Assembly: GCA_013265495.1 (NCBI GenBank)
Contig: MU058205.1
Span: forward strand, 384,312-448,311
DNA length: 64,000 bases
DNA from: Vicugna vicugna
Lineage: Eukaryota
Direction: 5' to 3'
The translations under genes and the position numbers were made by a program. The notes beneath the pieces are model-generated. The model was not told where the DNA came from, made no database searches, and worked only from the letters and a program-made list of their open reading frames with translations. This document shows, piece after piece, positions 12,780-25,554 of this stretch. Numbering within the stretch: position 1 is the stretch's first letter; each line of letters begins with the position of its first letter.

Positions 12780-13146
12780 GTTCATCAATGATATTGGCCT
12801 ATAGTTTCTTTTTTGGTCATGTCTTTGTCTGGCTTTGGTATCAGGGTGATGGTGGCTTCAAAGAATGAGTTTGGGAGTATTCCCTCCTCTTCAATCTTTT
12901 GGAAGAGTTTGAGAAGGATCGGTATGAGCTCTTCTTCGTATGTTTGATAGAATTCCTCAGCGGAGCCATCTGGTCCTGGACTTTTGTTTACAGGGAGATT
13001 TTTTTTAATCGCTGATTCTATTTCACTTCTAGTTAACAGTCTGTTCAAATGATCTATTCTTGATTCAGTTTTGGTGGATTGTATGTTTCTAGACACTTGT
13101 CCATTTCTTCTAAGTTGTCCGATTTATTGTCATATAGTTGTTCATA
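12780..13146 (-). mobile_element. Internal L1 ORF2 fragment flanked by 14-bp direct repeats
   Basis: Translates [73 protein letters not shown]. Flanks tcttgctcctggtt (12769) and tcttgctcttggtt (13147). Confidence 0.95.
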
Positions 13147-16100
13147 TCTTGCTCTTGGTTTTGTTTCAACAAAAGTGGGACAGGCGGCCAGGAGGAAATA
13201 GTTTCTGCATCTGCGTGAAGTTCTGATACGCCTTCCACTTTACTCTCAGTCATCATTCACTTCCTAAACTACACAGTGTCTTCATCCAGCTGACTGAACA
13301 CATGAAGAACCATCTCCCTGATGTACTCAAGACTTTTCTGGGTTTTCCCTTCTCATGTCTCTCCTGGTCCTCCTTCCAGCCTCCTCCCACCTCTTACTGA
13401 TTCCTGGACGGAGGTACCTGCCACAGGGACCTAGGTCTTTCCGAAGTTCACCGTGCATCCCAGGGGAGCCCTCCTGAGTTCACTTAGGGTGGTCCACGCC
13501 TACAGCTGGTTTTCTGCTCCCCGACAGTGTTTTGTTCACTCATTCTCCCAGGAAACATGTTGTGGGTGGCTACTCGGTGCCAGGCTCTATTTAAAGCACT
13601 CAGGACTCAAAGATAAACACATGTACATTTCTTGCACTAAAGCTAAATATGATATAATAGGAGATGGACCGCTATCACAATGTATGAGGATGCTGAGAGC
13701 AGTGAGGACAGGGGGCAGGGCCCCAGAGATGGGGCATCTCACTCAGACAAGGAGACAGGCAGAAGATACCTGAGAAGTCACTCAACAGCTGCATCCTTGA
13801 CACCCGGTGCTCTGGCGAGGAGGAGAAGATGGCTCAAAACACTGACCTCTGCTTCTCTCCCATAGGGAGCAGTGGCCTGTGCAAAGGTTTGGCCGAGGTC
13901 CTACCAAGCACTTACTCTGTCGAGAGGTGCTGCCTGTGAGCAAGTCCATGAAGGAGCCAAATTGCACGCGTGTCACTGCTGGGACAGGGTGGGGTGTCAG
14001 CCCTCGCACCCAATCTTTAGGGTCAGGGAGGAGGCCCCCAGTCAGCCCAGACTGTCCTCAGAGGCAGGTGACATAGGACCCTTGACCCTACTGTCAGCCT
14101 TCCTGCCGCAGTGAAAGTGCAGACCGGCAGTCCTGGCAGCGCAATGTCCCCAGCAGGAGGTCGGCAGATGCTCAGGGCAAGGACAGAAAGAGAGGCTCCG
14201 TTTTTTAATTGATTTGTAACAGCAATTGTAGACCCTTCATGGAGAAAACTAGAACTTTGCTGGACTCTACACGTATTTCTAGGGCTTAGGCGTGTTTCGA
14301 ATGCATGGGGAAGTGACCGGATGTTCTCGGTGCTTTGGGCTTCCCAAAGACCTCAGTCTGTTCCCAGTTTAAGGAACCTGGGCGCTAACACAACGTGGCC
14401 AGCCAGCCTGCCCACCAGGTAGCAGAGAGAGTGCTCTGTGCCACCCTCAGATTGCTTGGCAGCCAGACCTCAGTGGGGGCTGCGTGAGCGCCCGCATACA
14501 CCTCCATGTTCCCCTCTCTCCCTCTGTCCTTCATGACCACCTCAATGAGCATTAAGCAGATTTGGCAACTTCTACAAAGTAAGGAAATTTCCCCAATGGT
14601 GGAATGGGGAAACAGCATTTTTGAAAAGGTCTCTTTATCGGAGACCAATAGAATCTCATTCAGTGTCTTTGAATACGCCTGGACTTGTTTTTATGGCTCT
14701 ATGATGCAGCTCCCCGTTCGGATCCAGTCACTTTTTTTCCACCCCTCTGGATCCTGCCTGGATTTCAAGGCCCAGCTTAAAATGCCAATCCATCTAAGCC
14801 TTTGTTGGCTCTTCCAGGCTTCACTGAGTACCTGCCTCTAGATTTCTAGGCCATTTACAGTTATTGCTACACAGCACACACTCATGACTGTCCCTAGTGG
14901 ATCCTAGGGCCCCTGTGAGCCAGTCTCAGCAGCCTTCCATGCAAAGATTTCCTGTAGAATCTTTTCTTTTAAAAAGCACCAGAGTGATCTGATTTAAAGT
15001 CTAGAGCAGCATTCACAAAATGTCCCTGTCCTCGCCTCTCCTTTTTAGCCCTCTTGTGTCCACAAATGATCTAAAACCTCCCACTTCCCGAATGCCTCAC
15101 CCTTCACCCCTCTACCCCAATTACACCCCCAAATCTAAAGTCTGCACAGTTTTTCTGGATCCCTTGCTCCTGTCCCCTGTGTACCAACTCTTGGTGATAT
15201 ACAAAGAATTAACCTCTGTCTCAGACACCTCAGGCAGATTTATACTTCCCTAGCTGTTTCAGGAGCTGCTCCTCCCTGGGACATGCTGGTCCCACAGCAG
15301 AGGGACAAGAGAGATCGTGTAGCCATGCCATGACTCTTAAGTCCTCTACTTGGAAATGGCTCCTTTTTGGCCACCCCATCCCAGGGCATTTCATATCCAG
15401 GAGTGGCGATGACCCCAAGATTCCCTTTGTGATGTAGTGGAAGGCTCATGGCGAAGGATCTTGCAGATCAGTGACTGAGCACATCACCTGGCCCAGGTGA
15501 CTCAGTGCCAACCAGTCACAATAACTCCTCATGCTGCCAAGAAACCATGTGCCTACACCCAGTAACTGGAATCCATTTGCCCCAGGCCAGTGGTGGGGAC
15601 CATCCTGTCTTACAGGCTAAGTTTTATAAGCAGAGACACCTGGTAAGTGTTCTTTTAGTCTCTAGTCCAGCTTTCACTGGATTTTATGAGAAGCCACTCC
15701 CACAGAGGTGGGATAGACCAGGGGGCTATTGTAAGCCAAGGTAAAGTTACTCTGAAGCAATTTACTTAAGTTTTCTTGTCTCCCATGCCAGAGTTTTCTT
15801 GTTCTTCACTCAGGAAAGACATTCGAAGTAGTTTCATGAGACAATTCATGGGGAAATGACTACACAACATTTTAGGAAAACAGATCAACCAAGGAAAACA
15901 GCTGATTTGCTGGAGGAAGAGGGAGGGCCATTGAGAAGATGGGTCTTTGGCAAGAGTTCAAAGCTCCCTGATAAGCATTTTGGTGAGGACATTCATCTTT
16001 ATTCTTCCTGCCAAAATTAGGAGCCACCCTTTTCTCTCAGTAATAACAACTCTGGGGCTTACTCAGCAATTGTGTTGGAGAAAGAATTGTGTCTTTTAAG

Positions 16101-17708
16101 TCTGGAGGTTCACAATTCAGAGGAGAGCTGAAAATTTCCAGAACCACCCTGTCCAGGAATGATTTTCCCTTTAGCCTCTTCCCAGATGTCCCTGAAAAAC
16201 ACCTGCTCTTCGGGGAAGGAGGGAAATGACACAAGGAAAAAGGCTCCCACGAGTAAGTAAACTTTGCCCAGGAGATCACTTCAAGTGGGGTGGATGGAAA
16301 AGTGAATCAGTTGAGAGACTGAGAGAGAGAAAGAGAGGATCTCTGATAACCTCGCCGGCCAGCTTCAGAGATGCTCCAAGTGCCCACACAGCTGAGCTCA
16401 CGTGCACCGCCTCGCCCCCTCAGTCATGGCGCATCGTATGTATTTGAATCCCTTCCTTTCGAGGACTGGGTTATGTGAGCCACTCGGCAGTCATGGGCCT
16501 ACCCTTACCACGCAGGGGAGCAGGAAACACGGAGTGACGCACATGAATCCTGCACCCCCGGCCTGGCTGCCCGGGATGCTAATTATCACAGCGTCGCCTT
16601 CTAGCATCCGTGTGGTTAGGGCCGCAGCTTTCAGATGTGACTTCCACGACCTCACACTTTCTAGAAAAGAGGCAGCTGGTGCAGTGCCTGAGCCCAGTTC
16701 ACAGCAGCAACTGAAGCAGAAAGAGGGGTTTCAGGAGGCAGATGTGAATGTCAAAAGCAAGTGCAAAACCAAAGCAGGAAAGACGCTGACTCTCGGGCGA
16801 TGGCACTTCAAAGAAGCTTTACTACTGGAAGGGTTGCACTGACCCCCCCAGGACAGATGCAAGTAGGGTCAGGCCAGTGAAAGACACGATGTCTCAACAC
16901 ACGAGGACACAGGTGTTCAATCTAATTCAATATAAAAATCCAACTTGTTTTGCCTCTTTTCCCACCTTCCGTTTGGGTAGGCAGGGGGAGGAGGAGCAAC
17001 CTTTCCCAGAAAGTGCTCAGCAAGCACAGTGTTGGGGAGCAGAGCCCTCCCCACAGCACGCACGGGACAGCTTCTTCCTTCTGTTGCTAATGACTAGGAG
17101 TCCTGTTTTAAAGCATCGTTCTGATTTAGCCATCAGGGCTTTCTGTGAAAGAAAAGCCTGGAAGATAGCTTTAGAGTGGAGGAGAAACAGTGAACCCAGG
17201 TGGGGAAAGGCAGGAAGTGAGAAAGGGATCGAGAAGCGGGGAGAAGCATCACGTGCATGGACTCCTGGCCACAGGGACAGCGGTCAGAGCGGGCACTCGC
17301 TCAGCGCTGCAGCGAGGGATGTCCTCCTGGGCCGGCGCAGTGAAAATGCCCGGAGCTCCTTCAGCTCAGGCGTCTGCCCCCGGAGCTCCCAGCCTTCACC
17401 TGGCCATCCCAGTGCCCCCTGGCCAGGCTCAGATCACGAGCTTGGCTCCACACACCCGTTACACACACACGCACACACACCCCTACGCCCTGTAATACAA
17501 AGGCATCTCCTGGCGCCATGCAGGGTGGAAGACAGCAGCTCAGCCTGTGCTAGGGATTGAGTTGAACCACTTGGGCTAGAACACTGGGGGGGTCAACACA
17601 CAGCAGGAGTTAAGAATTCCTTAAGAAACAAAAGGACTTTGTGTATCTGTGATAAAGCAAGTTTGGGGAAACTATAGGCCACAACCTCTCCCTAAGATTG
17701 TGTCGCAT

Positions 17709-18215
17709 CATGGTAGCCAGCCCCCAGGTGGCCCCACTTCTTACTCCTTATCCCCTTTCGTCACCTCCTCTCAGCTGATTCAAGGCTGGTAAGGGTAACC
17801 AATGGAGAACAGCACGAGTGGTGGTGTGTGATTTCCAAGTGTAGGTTAAATAGGGCACTGCATCTTCCACTTGGTCCTCGGGGGAAGGTGGCCACCATGC
17901 CGTGAGAACACTGAAGCAGCCCCGTGGGAAGGTGCATGGGGGCAAGAACTGAGGATCCCACCAAGAACCAGCACCAACTTGCCGACCAGGGGAGTGAGGG
18001 ATCTTGGAAGTAGCTCCTTCACCCAAGTCAAGCCTTCAGATGATGCAGCCTCAGGCAATACCTTGACTGCAACCTTATGAGAGACCCTGAGCCAGAACCA
18101 CCCAACCAAGCTGCTCACAAATTCCTGACACATGGAAACTGTGAGCAGCATTGTGTATATTGTTGCTTTGAGTCACTAAGTTTTAAGGCAATTTGTTACC
18201 TAACGATAGATACAC
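17709..18215 (+). mobile_element. MaLR LTR (MLT1F-like)
   Basis: 'tcaagccttcagatgatgcagcc...ttgactgcaaccttatgagagaccctgagccagaaccaccc..ccaagctgctc..aaattcctga...tcactaagtttt..ggcaatttgtta' is the MLT1 signature. Confidence 0.85.
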
Positions 18216-18284
18216 ATACATCTTAACATATTTGAATCTCAGAGGGAATCCTGCATTTTCAAAATGCATCTTACTGTGTTTAAC

Positions 18285-18385
18285 TCAGTGTTTCCCAAAT
18301 GCTTTGGTCATGGAACAGTTTTTCAGAGAATGCTTCATTAACATCTTGGGATGCTAGCATTCCACAGAGTATAGTTTGGGAAGAA
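18285..18385. mobile_element. Short hAT MITE relic
   Basis: Inverted termini cagtgtttcccaaa ... tttgggaa. Confidence 0.45.
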
Positions 18386-18638
18386 ATAGACTAGCTGTGG
18401 TTGTATTTATTACTTAAAAATTATCTCACACACCTTGTATGCAATAGTTTGATGCCAGGTAAATTATCTCTAATAAAGCATATTTGAATAAAAACAATTC
18501 CAATAACAGAAACATAATGTTATATGCATTATAGTTCTCCATATAGCTAGCTCTCCATATAAAGGAATGCTAAAGGAATCCGTTATCCAGGTAGCATTTT
18601 GAAAATGGCCATGTTTTTCCCACCCCACCATCTTTTAA

Positions 18639-18978
18639 TGTATTGGTGTAAGCTGCCAGATATTTCTCCAGCAAAGAAATAACTTTATTCAGAATCAGCA
18701 GAGAATTGCAATCCAGGGTCTGCAACCATGGTGAGCCACGTGCAAGTCCACACACAGCATGGGAAGGAGAAGGCTTTAGTACAAGGAAAAGGAAGTAGAA
18801 AAAGCTGTAGTAAAGAAAGGTGTCATGGCTTCTTGTTGGCTGAGTTCTTGCCAGGAAAGAAGAGGAGTCTTTTTCTTCTTCCCGTTGGGCTCTGCTCTGT
18901 CATTGCAGGTCATGAGAGCTCCCCCTCCTGGTGTCCTAACTCTATTTAATTGAGGTTTCTATGTATTAATTTTTTACA
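18639..18978 (-). repeat. 3' LTR of the provirus
   Basis: Minus strand starts TGTAAAAAATTAATA right after the PPT (aaaaggggaaaa). Shares blocks such as cagggtctgcaaccatggtgag and ttggctgagt.cttgccaggaaagaag with the 5' LTR. AATAAA at 18684-18689 (minus). Left boundary uncertain. Confidence 0.9.
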
Positions 18979-19319
18979 TTTTCCCCTTTTGTTCAATTCT
19001 TTCTTTGACAGCATCACTGACAAGAGTCAGGTTTTCCAGCGTCAGTGGTTTTCTGCCCCCCAGTGCCAGGAAGGACGTTTTCTGAGTGTAGTAGCCCACG
19101 TTAGAGAGAAAGAGCACAGACGGGAAACCTGTTGAGGTTCCAACCGAGTAACAAGGAAGGGAACGAGGCAGAACTGGCAGGCACTTTTTTTTTTATCTAT
19201 AATCTATGTTATCAAAATTATGGCATTATATACTCGGAGAGCATTTGAAGTGTTATGCCATCATTGCCCACAGGCGTGGTTCAGATATCTTGGGAAAACT
19301 GTCTCATTAGATGTCATCT

Positions 19320-22300
19320 GCTTCAAATGAAGAAAACCTTTACTTTCAGATCACAGGATGATGTCCAGTCAGGGGCTGACACTTTTTTAGGCGCATCACA
19401 TGAATCTAAGAGTCCATTCCCTGGAGTTTGACAGCATAAGGATTGGTTATCAGTACCAGACAGGACCTTTCCGTTGAAGTTGAAGAGTTCTCCTGGAGGT
19501 GTCTTTTCCAACAGATGAAATCTCCAGGTTGCAAGATGTGATGCTCAAGGTCTTCATCTCCTGAGGACATACTATGAAGATTGTTCTGCCAAAACATGAT
19601 TATTTTTAAAAGAAGCAATTAAGCCTCTGCAATATTGGGGCATTTCTCCTTTTGTCAGTTGTGGGTGAAAACGAGCAGGAGCCAAGGGCAGCAGGCAGCC
19701 TGTGACTGTCTCAGCTGGTGAGTTACAAGTTCCAAAAAGGGTGGCTGTAAGATTTAGAAAGACTAGTGGTGATGCATTTTGGCCGAGGTGTTTGGAGGGC
19801 CTCTACACGTTTTGCCAATTGAGCCTTAATAATGCATTAATACACTGGACTAAACCAGAGGGTTGAGGGTGGTCAGCACAGCGAAAAGTGTTGTAACAGA
19901 TTTGTTGAAGCATCTTGCAAGTAAAATTGGTTCCTGGATCACTATGAAGTTCAAGAGGAGCTCTCTGGGTAAGGATAATCTTTTCCTAAAGGACTTTGGC
20001 CACAGAAGAGGAAGTAGCATGGCTACAAAGGGAGGCTTCAGTCTAATGTGAAAATATAAAGACCAGGACTAAAACATATTTATACCCATTAGACAGAGGA
20101 AGCTGTATGAGATCCATTTTTCAGACCTCAAGTGGTTCATTGGGCAGTTTAAGATGTCCCAGAGGAGTACAAATAGGCTTTCCTGGGTTGTATTTTGGAC
20201 AAGCGGGATAAGTAAGGTAGGAACTTTTTGCAGCCTTGTTAATGATTCCCCACCATATTGACTCACGAAAGCTATCATTTTGTCAGTAGAGCAATGACTT
20301 AATGCATACACAGTGGTGAGGTGGGAGGGCTGGTTTATTGTTTGGTTCAAACCAGAGCTTTCTCTTTTTATCAAACCAACAATTGTTGAATTTTCAATCT
20401 TGTTTTTTCTTTTCTGAAGCCAATTGTTGGGCTTCCCTTCGGAGTTTTTCTAAGTTATCATCTGTGGAACTATCCCTTCGGTCCACGTCAGAACTTTGGC
20501 TGTTGTTGGTCCCTCTAAGGGCAGCATTCCTTGCAGAAATTTCACCAAGGTACTTTCCTCTAGCTTCCAGAAAATCAAGTTTAGAATGCTCCAGAATCTT
20601 GACAATACCTAAAGCAGCACGTCAAAGTATTGCGTCTAAGAATTCCTGAACCTAAGGGCCAATTTTAATTTAAATTTCCTCTGAAAGTGAGGGAGACATG
20701 TTGCTTCCACAACATTCCAAAATCATGAGTTACTCCCAAATTATATCTATTATCAGTACAAATATTGGCTGTTTTTGCCTTGGCCAAAGTACAAGCCCGC
20801 TTAAGAGCAAGTAGTTTCACCTGCTGCGCTGAAGTAGCCGTAGTAAAGATGCTGCCTGGACAGTGTCAAAAGGCGCTGCGATACCCAGCACACCCAGCAC
20901 AATAGTTTTCACCTCACCTTTTAAATAAAACCATCACTGAACCATTAGAAGTCAGCGTTGCCTAAAGGAATTTCCTGCAGATCATTACCAGTAGTCAGGA
21001 GGCAATCCGTCAGTGTTAAGCAGTCTTGTCAGATTCTGTCGGTGATGGAGGGGAGAAGGGTAGCGGGGTTAAGGTTATTACACTGTAAAAGAGTCATGTG
21101 AAGAGTGGTTAACAAAAGGACTCCATAGGAGGTGAGGTGAGTGACTGAGAAATACTGAGTGTGATAAAAACTCAAGAGAGCTTCTTCTGCACAAGGTGCA
21201 AAAATGGTTAAAGGAGATCCCACAATGATTTCCTCAGTGGCCCAAGTAAAAGGGCAGTGGCCGTCATGGCTCTAAGGCAAGGGGGTTATTCCCATGCCGC
21301 AGGCTCCAGTTGCTGGCTTTAATACCCTGAGGGTCATTAGAGGTCCCTGGTGTTTTGGGGTGAGTACCCCAAAGGCATTCTCTTCCTGGTCACATACAAA
21401 AAGGAATAGGGGAATCTGATATTTGGGGTGCCCAAGGACAGGGGAGGTTATCAAGCTCTCCTTTAAGACCTTGAAGTCTATCCTGTCCAGTTCTTCCCAT
21501 ATAATTGGGTTGGAGTTGTTACTGTTGAGGAAAACATATAGAAATTTGATCCTAAAGAAGAAATTTGGATTCCAAGTTTGGCAATAACCAACTAGCCAGA
21601 GAAAACCTTGCAGTTGGTGGTTCATTTTGGGTTTGGGGAAACTTAGAATGCCATAAAGCCTGGATCTAGGTGGACCCCTTGTTCTGATACCAGATGCCCT
21701 AAATATTGAACCTGGATTTGGGCAAACTGCAATTTGTTTTGGGCAGTCTTAGGCCCCTCTAAGGCTAAAAGCTTGAGCAAGTGGATGCTATCTTCCTGTG
21801 AGGAGGCTTGTGAAGGAGAATAAGGAAGCAAGTCATCCACATAGTGCACCCAAGCCGAACCTCTAGGGAACTTGACTTCATCCAGATCAGCCTTCAGGAT
21901 TTATGAGAGAAGAGAAGGGCTCTCAGCAAAACACTGGGGCATTGCTGTCCAGGTGAACTGCTTTTATTCCCAGGTAAAGGCAAAGAGACATTGGCTAGCT
22001 TCATCAACTGTGTAAAGAATATACAACGTAAGTCAATTACAGTTAGAAATTTACTTCCAGTGAGAATGGATGTTAGTAACACAGGCAGGCTAGGAACACC
22101 AGGGTGTCGAGGGACAACAATGCTGTTTATTGATCAGAGGTCCTGGACAAACTTCCAGTCTCAGCCTGTGTTTCAGGGGCTAGTACAAGGGATAAGGAAG
22201 CCTTGAGCCTTGTAATCTTTATGGGCTTTATGTCTTAAGGAGCTTTTTCACTTATAGGGTGTTGATTAATTCTGGAAAGAGGTTTTGAGGCATCTATTTG

Positions 22301-22800
22301 AATTTTGATGAGAGATGCACTGTGAATTTTGCCAACATCAGTTGGAGATTTTGCCCGTAAGGAAAGTAGCAGCTGATTCAATAAGGACAGATGATCAGTG
22401 TTTCCAGAATCAGCCCTAATACCATCAGAGATGGAACAAAGAAAAGATGTCAAAGGGTCTGGTGGGGATTTGGTGGCTACTGTCAAATACTAGAATCATT
22501 TGCCCTTTTGGGAGAAGGAAATTCCAACATGTTACTTCTCCAAGAAGCCTCAGCCTAATAAATGCACAAAGATGCAAGAGCTAAGGAGAAAAGGGTGTGT
22601 CTCTCTCAAGGACCCTAAAGAGACCAGGTCCATGACTGGACCCTCCTGAGGTCCGTCAGAGAGCTGCTGCGGCGCTCCGAGGCAGGGGCTGCTTTGTGCT
22701 AGTGTGGGAAAGCCCTGGGAGTGTGGGTCCAGTGTCAGTCAGGACTAGAAGCGTTTCATCCCCAGTCTGGGGAAGTAGTTCTTCAAACTGATTAAGAGGG
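19320..22800 (-). pseudogene. pol: ERV pro-pol remnant (protease, RT, RNase H, partial integrase)
   Basis: LVLTDTG at ~22728-22750. FTWTAMPQ at ~21935-21958. YVDDLL in ORF 21643..21849. LQGFLWLVGYC in ORF 21272..21625. RNase H AQQVKLLALKRAC...NICTD at ~20750-20830. Integrase C-terminus LQPGDFICWKRH..VLITNPYAVKLQG in ORF 19406..19618. Many stops and frameshifts. Confidence 0.9.
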
Positions 22801-22849
22801 AGGATTGGAAGGAGCCCCTGTAATTCCTTGCAGCTCCACTACTGAGAAT

Positions 22850-24249
22850 TGGGAGGACATTTGAACAGTTAGTTAGAGGGCTGAAGGTGTTTAAAGTGCT
22901 TAACTTTGTGACAGTCTTGCCCAATGTTCTGGCTTGCAGTAGCAGCAGAAAGTAGGAGAGTCTGGGTTTATCTGAGGAGACTTCGTTTGACAGAGTTGAA
23001 GATTAAGAATCGTGGTACTCTTCCTTTTAGATGACTCATCTAGTGTGTGAGAGGGCTGCCTTACCAGATTAACTAAATCTGGAGTGGATGTGGTTTCTCA
23101 TTCCATCCTGATCCTTTTTACTGGAAGGGAAGGTCTGGTAAAGCCCTTTGGTAAGTATAGTTAAAAGCTACCCAGATGGAATCAACATCTGAAGGAAAAC
23201 CAGACTTTTCTTTAAAAACAATCTGAAGTTGACTGTAACCAGTTCATCAGATTTTTGTGTGCAAGCCTGAATTTTGTTCCCATCAGCAGGCTCTGGAAAA
23301 GCCTTAGAAATTGCCAGAGGACATAACCAAGTGATTGCACGAGCCTGGTTATATAATAACTAAGCGGGCTGGTCTCCAGGTTGTAATTCTAGAAACCTTT
23401 CCGGATTTTCCCCACGAGCAGTTTTCATCCCGTGCTGGGTCAGGCCTTCACCACAGCATATGAACCAGCTGATATAAGTCAGAGAAGCCAGGTTGATGAG
23501 TTTGAATGATTCTATTAAATTCCTCAGCAAATCTGTGAGAATCTCTGGTCACTTTGGGAAAATCTTTGACTGTGGCTCATAGTTCAGTTTCAGTCCAGGA
23601 AATATAATAAATTAAGTGTTTAGACTCTGGATTATTCCCAGAAGGCTTCATATTAAAGGAACAAGTTCTGACAGGTTCAAGGAAAAGAGAATGGGGAGAG
23701 TTTCAGAGAGGAGGATGGGGGATTGGGACGAGGGAACTGAGGGGACAGTGGAGGCCCAGTCAGCACTGAAGAGGAAGAGGAAGATGGCCCTGGAGTGGCG
23801 TCTGGCCACGAGGAGCTGAGGGAGAGAGACAAGGCAGCATCAGAGGGGGCGCCGGAGGCAGAGAAGCCAGGGAACAGGAGCCTGAGGCTTCAGGAGCCGC
23901 TTTAGCTTTCTTCAATCGTTCACCTCAGTTAATCTTAACGTCTCATTGTGCAGACTCTCCTGATAATATTGGGACACCTCAAAATACCAATCAAAATAAT
24001 TGTTCGACTCAGTTCTGGACATTTCTGAGCTTTTATAGCCTGACCCAGCTTTAAAGAAATTAAGCCTGGGGATTTCAAAAGCTCCCATAGTGGCCCCTGA
24101 TATTCTGAGTTGCCTTTGGTCAGGTCGGTCCTTTCAGTTAGCAATGTGTGTGAGGAAGGGCCACGGCTTTTAAACGTACAATCAGCCAGACTCCCTGTGG
24201 GGGGTGGGGGAGGCACCGGAAAATACTCAGATAACTGGGATTCCTGCAC
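22850..24249 (-). pseudogene. gag: ERV gag remnant
   Basis: MA-like start in ORF 23935..24249 (..TDLTKGNSEYQGPLW). Proline-rich stretch at ~23690-23880. Degenerate zinc knuckle C.YCKPEHW..DC at ~22905-22950. Confidence 0.8.
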
Positions 24250-24824
24250 CTCAGAGGTTTCTCTCTAAAGAACAATTTTCAAACAGCTTGAAAAACTACA
24301 GCACAGTGGCTCAATTCAACCTGTTTGCAAGCCAATCCCAGTCAGTTCTAAGGAAACAGCTTGGTCCTGGAGGAGGCAAACCGAAGGCATTTTTAGCAAG
24401 TTTCCAGAGAATAGCCCTTTCAGAGGAATGGGCTGAAGGCTGAAAAACCAGCACAGCTTCAGAGCAACAGCCCCTGTTCCTAAAGGAATGGGGTGGCAGC
24501 TAGTCAGTTTGGGAGAGGCAGCCCCTATTCCAAAGAGAATGGGCCAAAGGCAGCTCAGCCAGCTCCAGTGAAACTGTCTGATCTCAGTTCAGACCAAAGT
24601 GCCAAATGAGTTCTCACATACAGAACAGGGCCTTATTCTGAAAGATGAACTTTTAAATAGATACCGAATAAAGCTTCAAATGCAAGGAGGGTGGGAGCTC
24701 GAATCCAGGAGAAAGAAGTACTTTCAAACTCCCAGGTCGGAGAGAAAGCAGCGAGCACAGTGGGCCCCGTGTGGGTACCACACATGTTTCTCACCAGCCC
24801 TGGAGCCATTGGGGGTTTTCCTGG

Positions 24825-24842
24825 TCCCCAAAGGGGCCACCA
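24825..24842 (-). promoter_or_regulatory. Primer-binding site, tRNA-Ile-like
   Basis: Minus strand TGGTGGCCCCTTTGGGGA lies just inside the 5' LTR. It matches 15/18 to TGGTGGCCCGTACGGGGA, the complement of the tRNA-Ile(AAT) 3' end. Confidence 0.75.
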
Positions 24843-24845
24843 AAG

Positions 24846-25164
24846 CATTGACCTGAAACAAACAGACTGCCAGTTATTTCACTTGGGATCAGCAAAGAGT
24901 TGAGAGTCAGGGTCTGCAACCATGGTGAGTCGCATTCAAATCTCTGTGAGTTGGGGAAGGAAAGGAGACCCTTTTATAGATGGGAAAAGGCGGCTGGGAG
25001 GGTGACAGTAAGCAAAGAGTCCATGGCTTTTCATTGGCTGAGTCCTTGCCAGGAAAGAAGTTGAATCTTTTTTCTTCCTGCTTGGCTCTGTGCAGGGCAC
25101 AAGAGCCCCCCATTCTGGTCTCTGAACTCTATTTATTTGAGATGTCTATTTATTAATTTTTTCA
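24846..25164 (-). repeat. 5' LTR of the provirus
   Basis: Minus strand starts TGAAAAAATTAATA. CCAAT at 25033-25037 and TATAAAA at 24972-24978 (minus). Followed by the PBS. Confidence 0.9.
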
Positions 25165-25554
25165 AGTCTTTGTAAATTTGAATTTGTGTGTGTGTGTGGC
25201 TCTATTTAAAGAGTCTGTAAAATATGAGAACTCCTGGTCATTAAGAACGTTAAAACCAGGCAACTGAGCTTTTTGCTGCTCTATATCATCTGGTTGTCTG
25301 GAAGGATGGCCTTCATCCTGGAGAAGAGAAAGTAAAGGAAGAGGTGACCTGGCAGAGCCCACAGGGGTCAGGAGGGTTGGGAGAGAAACACGGAGTCACC
25401 GTTCATTTTCCACCAATCTTCATGGCCACAGTGGAGCCACCAGGGAAACTGTATCCAGAGAGAATCCATTTCCTTTCTTGAAGGATACAGTTCTCAACCC
25501 CAAAAATGGCTCAAAGAGCTAGAAGTGAGGGTGGCCTTCAAGTACAGCACCTAA

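Larger units (their letters stand above)
18639..25164 (-). mobile_element. Endogenous retrovirus provirus, class I (ERV1), env-less, decayed gag-pro-pol
   Basis: Two homologous LTRs (18639-18978 and ~24846-25164), a PBS at 24825-24842 and a PPT at 18979-18990. gag, protease, RT, RNase H and integrase motifs occur in the correct order on the minus strand. Confidence 0.95.

Noticed and set aside
16510..16530. CTCF-like motif (cacgcagggggagc), also near 56270
   Set aside because: Several mismatches to the consensus; expected by chance in 64 kb.
16877..17560. Longest ORF in the track (227 aa)
   Set aside because: No recognisable domain, GTG start, and the Ser/Pro/Arg/Ala-rich composition typical of chance ORFs in GC-rich DNA.
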